Positions 62,924 through 64,000 of a stretch of 64,000 bases of DNA are shown one piece after another (the stretch's first letter is position 1; the number at the start of each line of letters is the position of its first letter). Under the pieces are notes generated by a model. The model made no database searches. It was not told where the DNA came from and worked only from the letters and a program-made list of their open reading frames with translations. A program made the position numbers and the translations under genes. This DNA comes from Thecamonas trahens ATCC 50062 (taxonomy: Eukaryota > Protista > Apusomonadida): assembly GCF_000142905.1 (NCBI RefSeq), contig NW_013657656.1, positions 282,991 to 346,990 on the forward strand, given 5' to 3'.

Positions 62924-64000
62924 TCATGCGCGCGGGTAGGCATCGGATCGTTTCGCGCCCTTGAGGAACGACTGGAGGGCGTCGAGCCGAGCGTTGATGT
63001 CGTAGATCTCGTCGCCTCGCGGCGGCGAGGAGCGCGGCGGCGAGGAGCGCGGCGGCGAGCGGCGGGCGTGGCGCGGCGGCGAGAGCGGCTCGTCGGTGAA
63101 GAACGAGTGCGCGGCGCCAGGTCCTGCACGCGGCGGCGCGACAAACAGGCCGTCTGCGCCCGGCGGGTTGCGCGGCGGAAGGGTGGCCTCGAGCTGCGAG
63201 GTGAGTGAGCGCTGCTTCGGCAGGCCGGATGGGGTAGCGCGGCTGCGCTTGTTGCGGCTGCTCGACCGCTTAGATCTGCTTGTCGGCGAGGCCTTGTTTG
63301 CCCTCCGAGACTTGGCCTTGGCCTTGGACGCCGACGTCGACGCCGAGTACAAGCGGTCGGCGACGTGTGCGGCGCGCGAGGCCGAGCGCGAGCGGCGGCG
63401 CGAAGTGCGGCGGCGCGAGTCGCCGATGGACGCGTCCGAGTCGAGCGAGCCGCGGCGGGACGAGGCCCGGGATGAGGCTCGCGACGACGAGCGTGACGAA
63501 GCCCGCCGCCGAGGTGGCGGGCCCCACTTGGAGCTGGTCTTGCTCGACGACGCCATCTTGCGTTTCTGCTCTCGGACATACGCTGTGGGGTCAAAGCGCG
63601 GAAAGGCGGCGCCGGCCGGCGAGCCCCCACGCGAGCGCGAGGTCTTGCGGCGGACACGGGCCTTGACCCGCGAGCGTGAGCGCGACGCCGACGCCGAGTC
63701 GGCGCCCGACGCGGCACCGGGCGACGGGTCGCGGCGCGAGCGCGAGGTTGAGCTGGCACGCCGCGGCCGGCCGGCTCCGGAGCGGCGCGGCGAGTCGCGG
63801 GCAGGCCGCGGCGCGGGCCGCGGCGCCCGCGGGCGCGCCGCCAGCTGCGCCTCCAGGTCAGCGATGATGCCCCGGAGCTCGTCGTTGCGGCGCGCAGACT
63901 CTTCGGCAATGCGACGCGACTGCTCGGCAGCCTCGGCGGCAAGGTCGCGCGCCATCCGAGCCTCCTCGCGCGCCTGGGCCAGCTCAGCCTGGAGCCGGGC
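62924..64000 (-). CDS. CCDC61: CCDC61/VFL3 centriolar protein, C-terminal part (partial)
   Basis: RFDPTAYVR motif and terminal DINARLDALQSFL match conserved CCDC61 motifs. Confidence 0.7.
   Translation of the reverse strand, partial: ARLQAELAQAREEARMARDLAAEAAEQSRRIAEESARRNDELRGIIADLEAQLAARPRAPRPAPRPARDSPRRSGAGRPRRASSTSRSRRDPSPGAASGADSASASRSRSRVKARVRRKTSRSRGGSPAGAAFPRFDPTAYVREQKRKMASSSKTSSKWGPPPRRRASSRSSSRASSRASSRRGSLDSDASIGDSRRRTSRRRSRSASRAAHVADRLYSASTSASKAKAKSRRANKASPTSRSKRSSSRNKRSRATPSGLPKQRSLTSQLEATLPPRNPPGADGLFVAPPRAGPGAAHSFFTDEPLSPPRHARRSPPRSSPPRSSPPRGDEIYDINARLDALQSFLKGAKRSDAYPRA

Overview
This is a GC-rich, very compact, intron-poor eukaryotic protist genome segment. It has short GT-AG introns near gene 5' ends, (CA)n and poly-C/G tracts, and two N gaps. 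The style is compatible with an apusomonad such as Thecamonas, but that is inference only. About 35 protein genes are visible: PSMA6 exon 1, CCDC130, a La-type RRM protein, ELMO, RBM22, a BNR-repeat surface protein, a PH + 4xRING protein, GMD, a divergent Ran paralog, a Josephin-like protein, PAQR, an LRR protein, CHMP1, VDAC, DBF4, an MpaB-like oxygenase, an AKAP17A-like protein, DNA2, a tandem retropepsin, a JmjC-FkbM fusion, a NAGPA-like protein, N6AMT1, UBE3A, RsfS, DCP1, MetAP2, HIS3, a split PurH, a deoxynucleoside kinase and CCDC61. The main highlight is the normally bifunctional PurH/ATIC, present as two head-to-head genes (IMP cyclohydrolase and AICAR transformylase) flanked by HIS3 and a deoxynucleoside kinase, suggesting an AICAR/purine gene cluster. 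Other highlights are a Ran paralog lacking the catalytic Gln, a single-chain double retropepsin, a hidden Rac pseudogene and a spliced Cys-rich microprotein. Three apparent frameshifts are probably assembly errors. All calls come from motif recognition by eye; no database searches were run.
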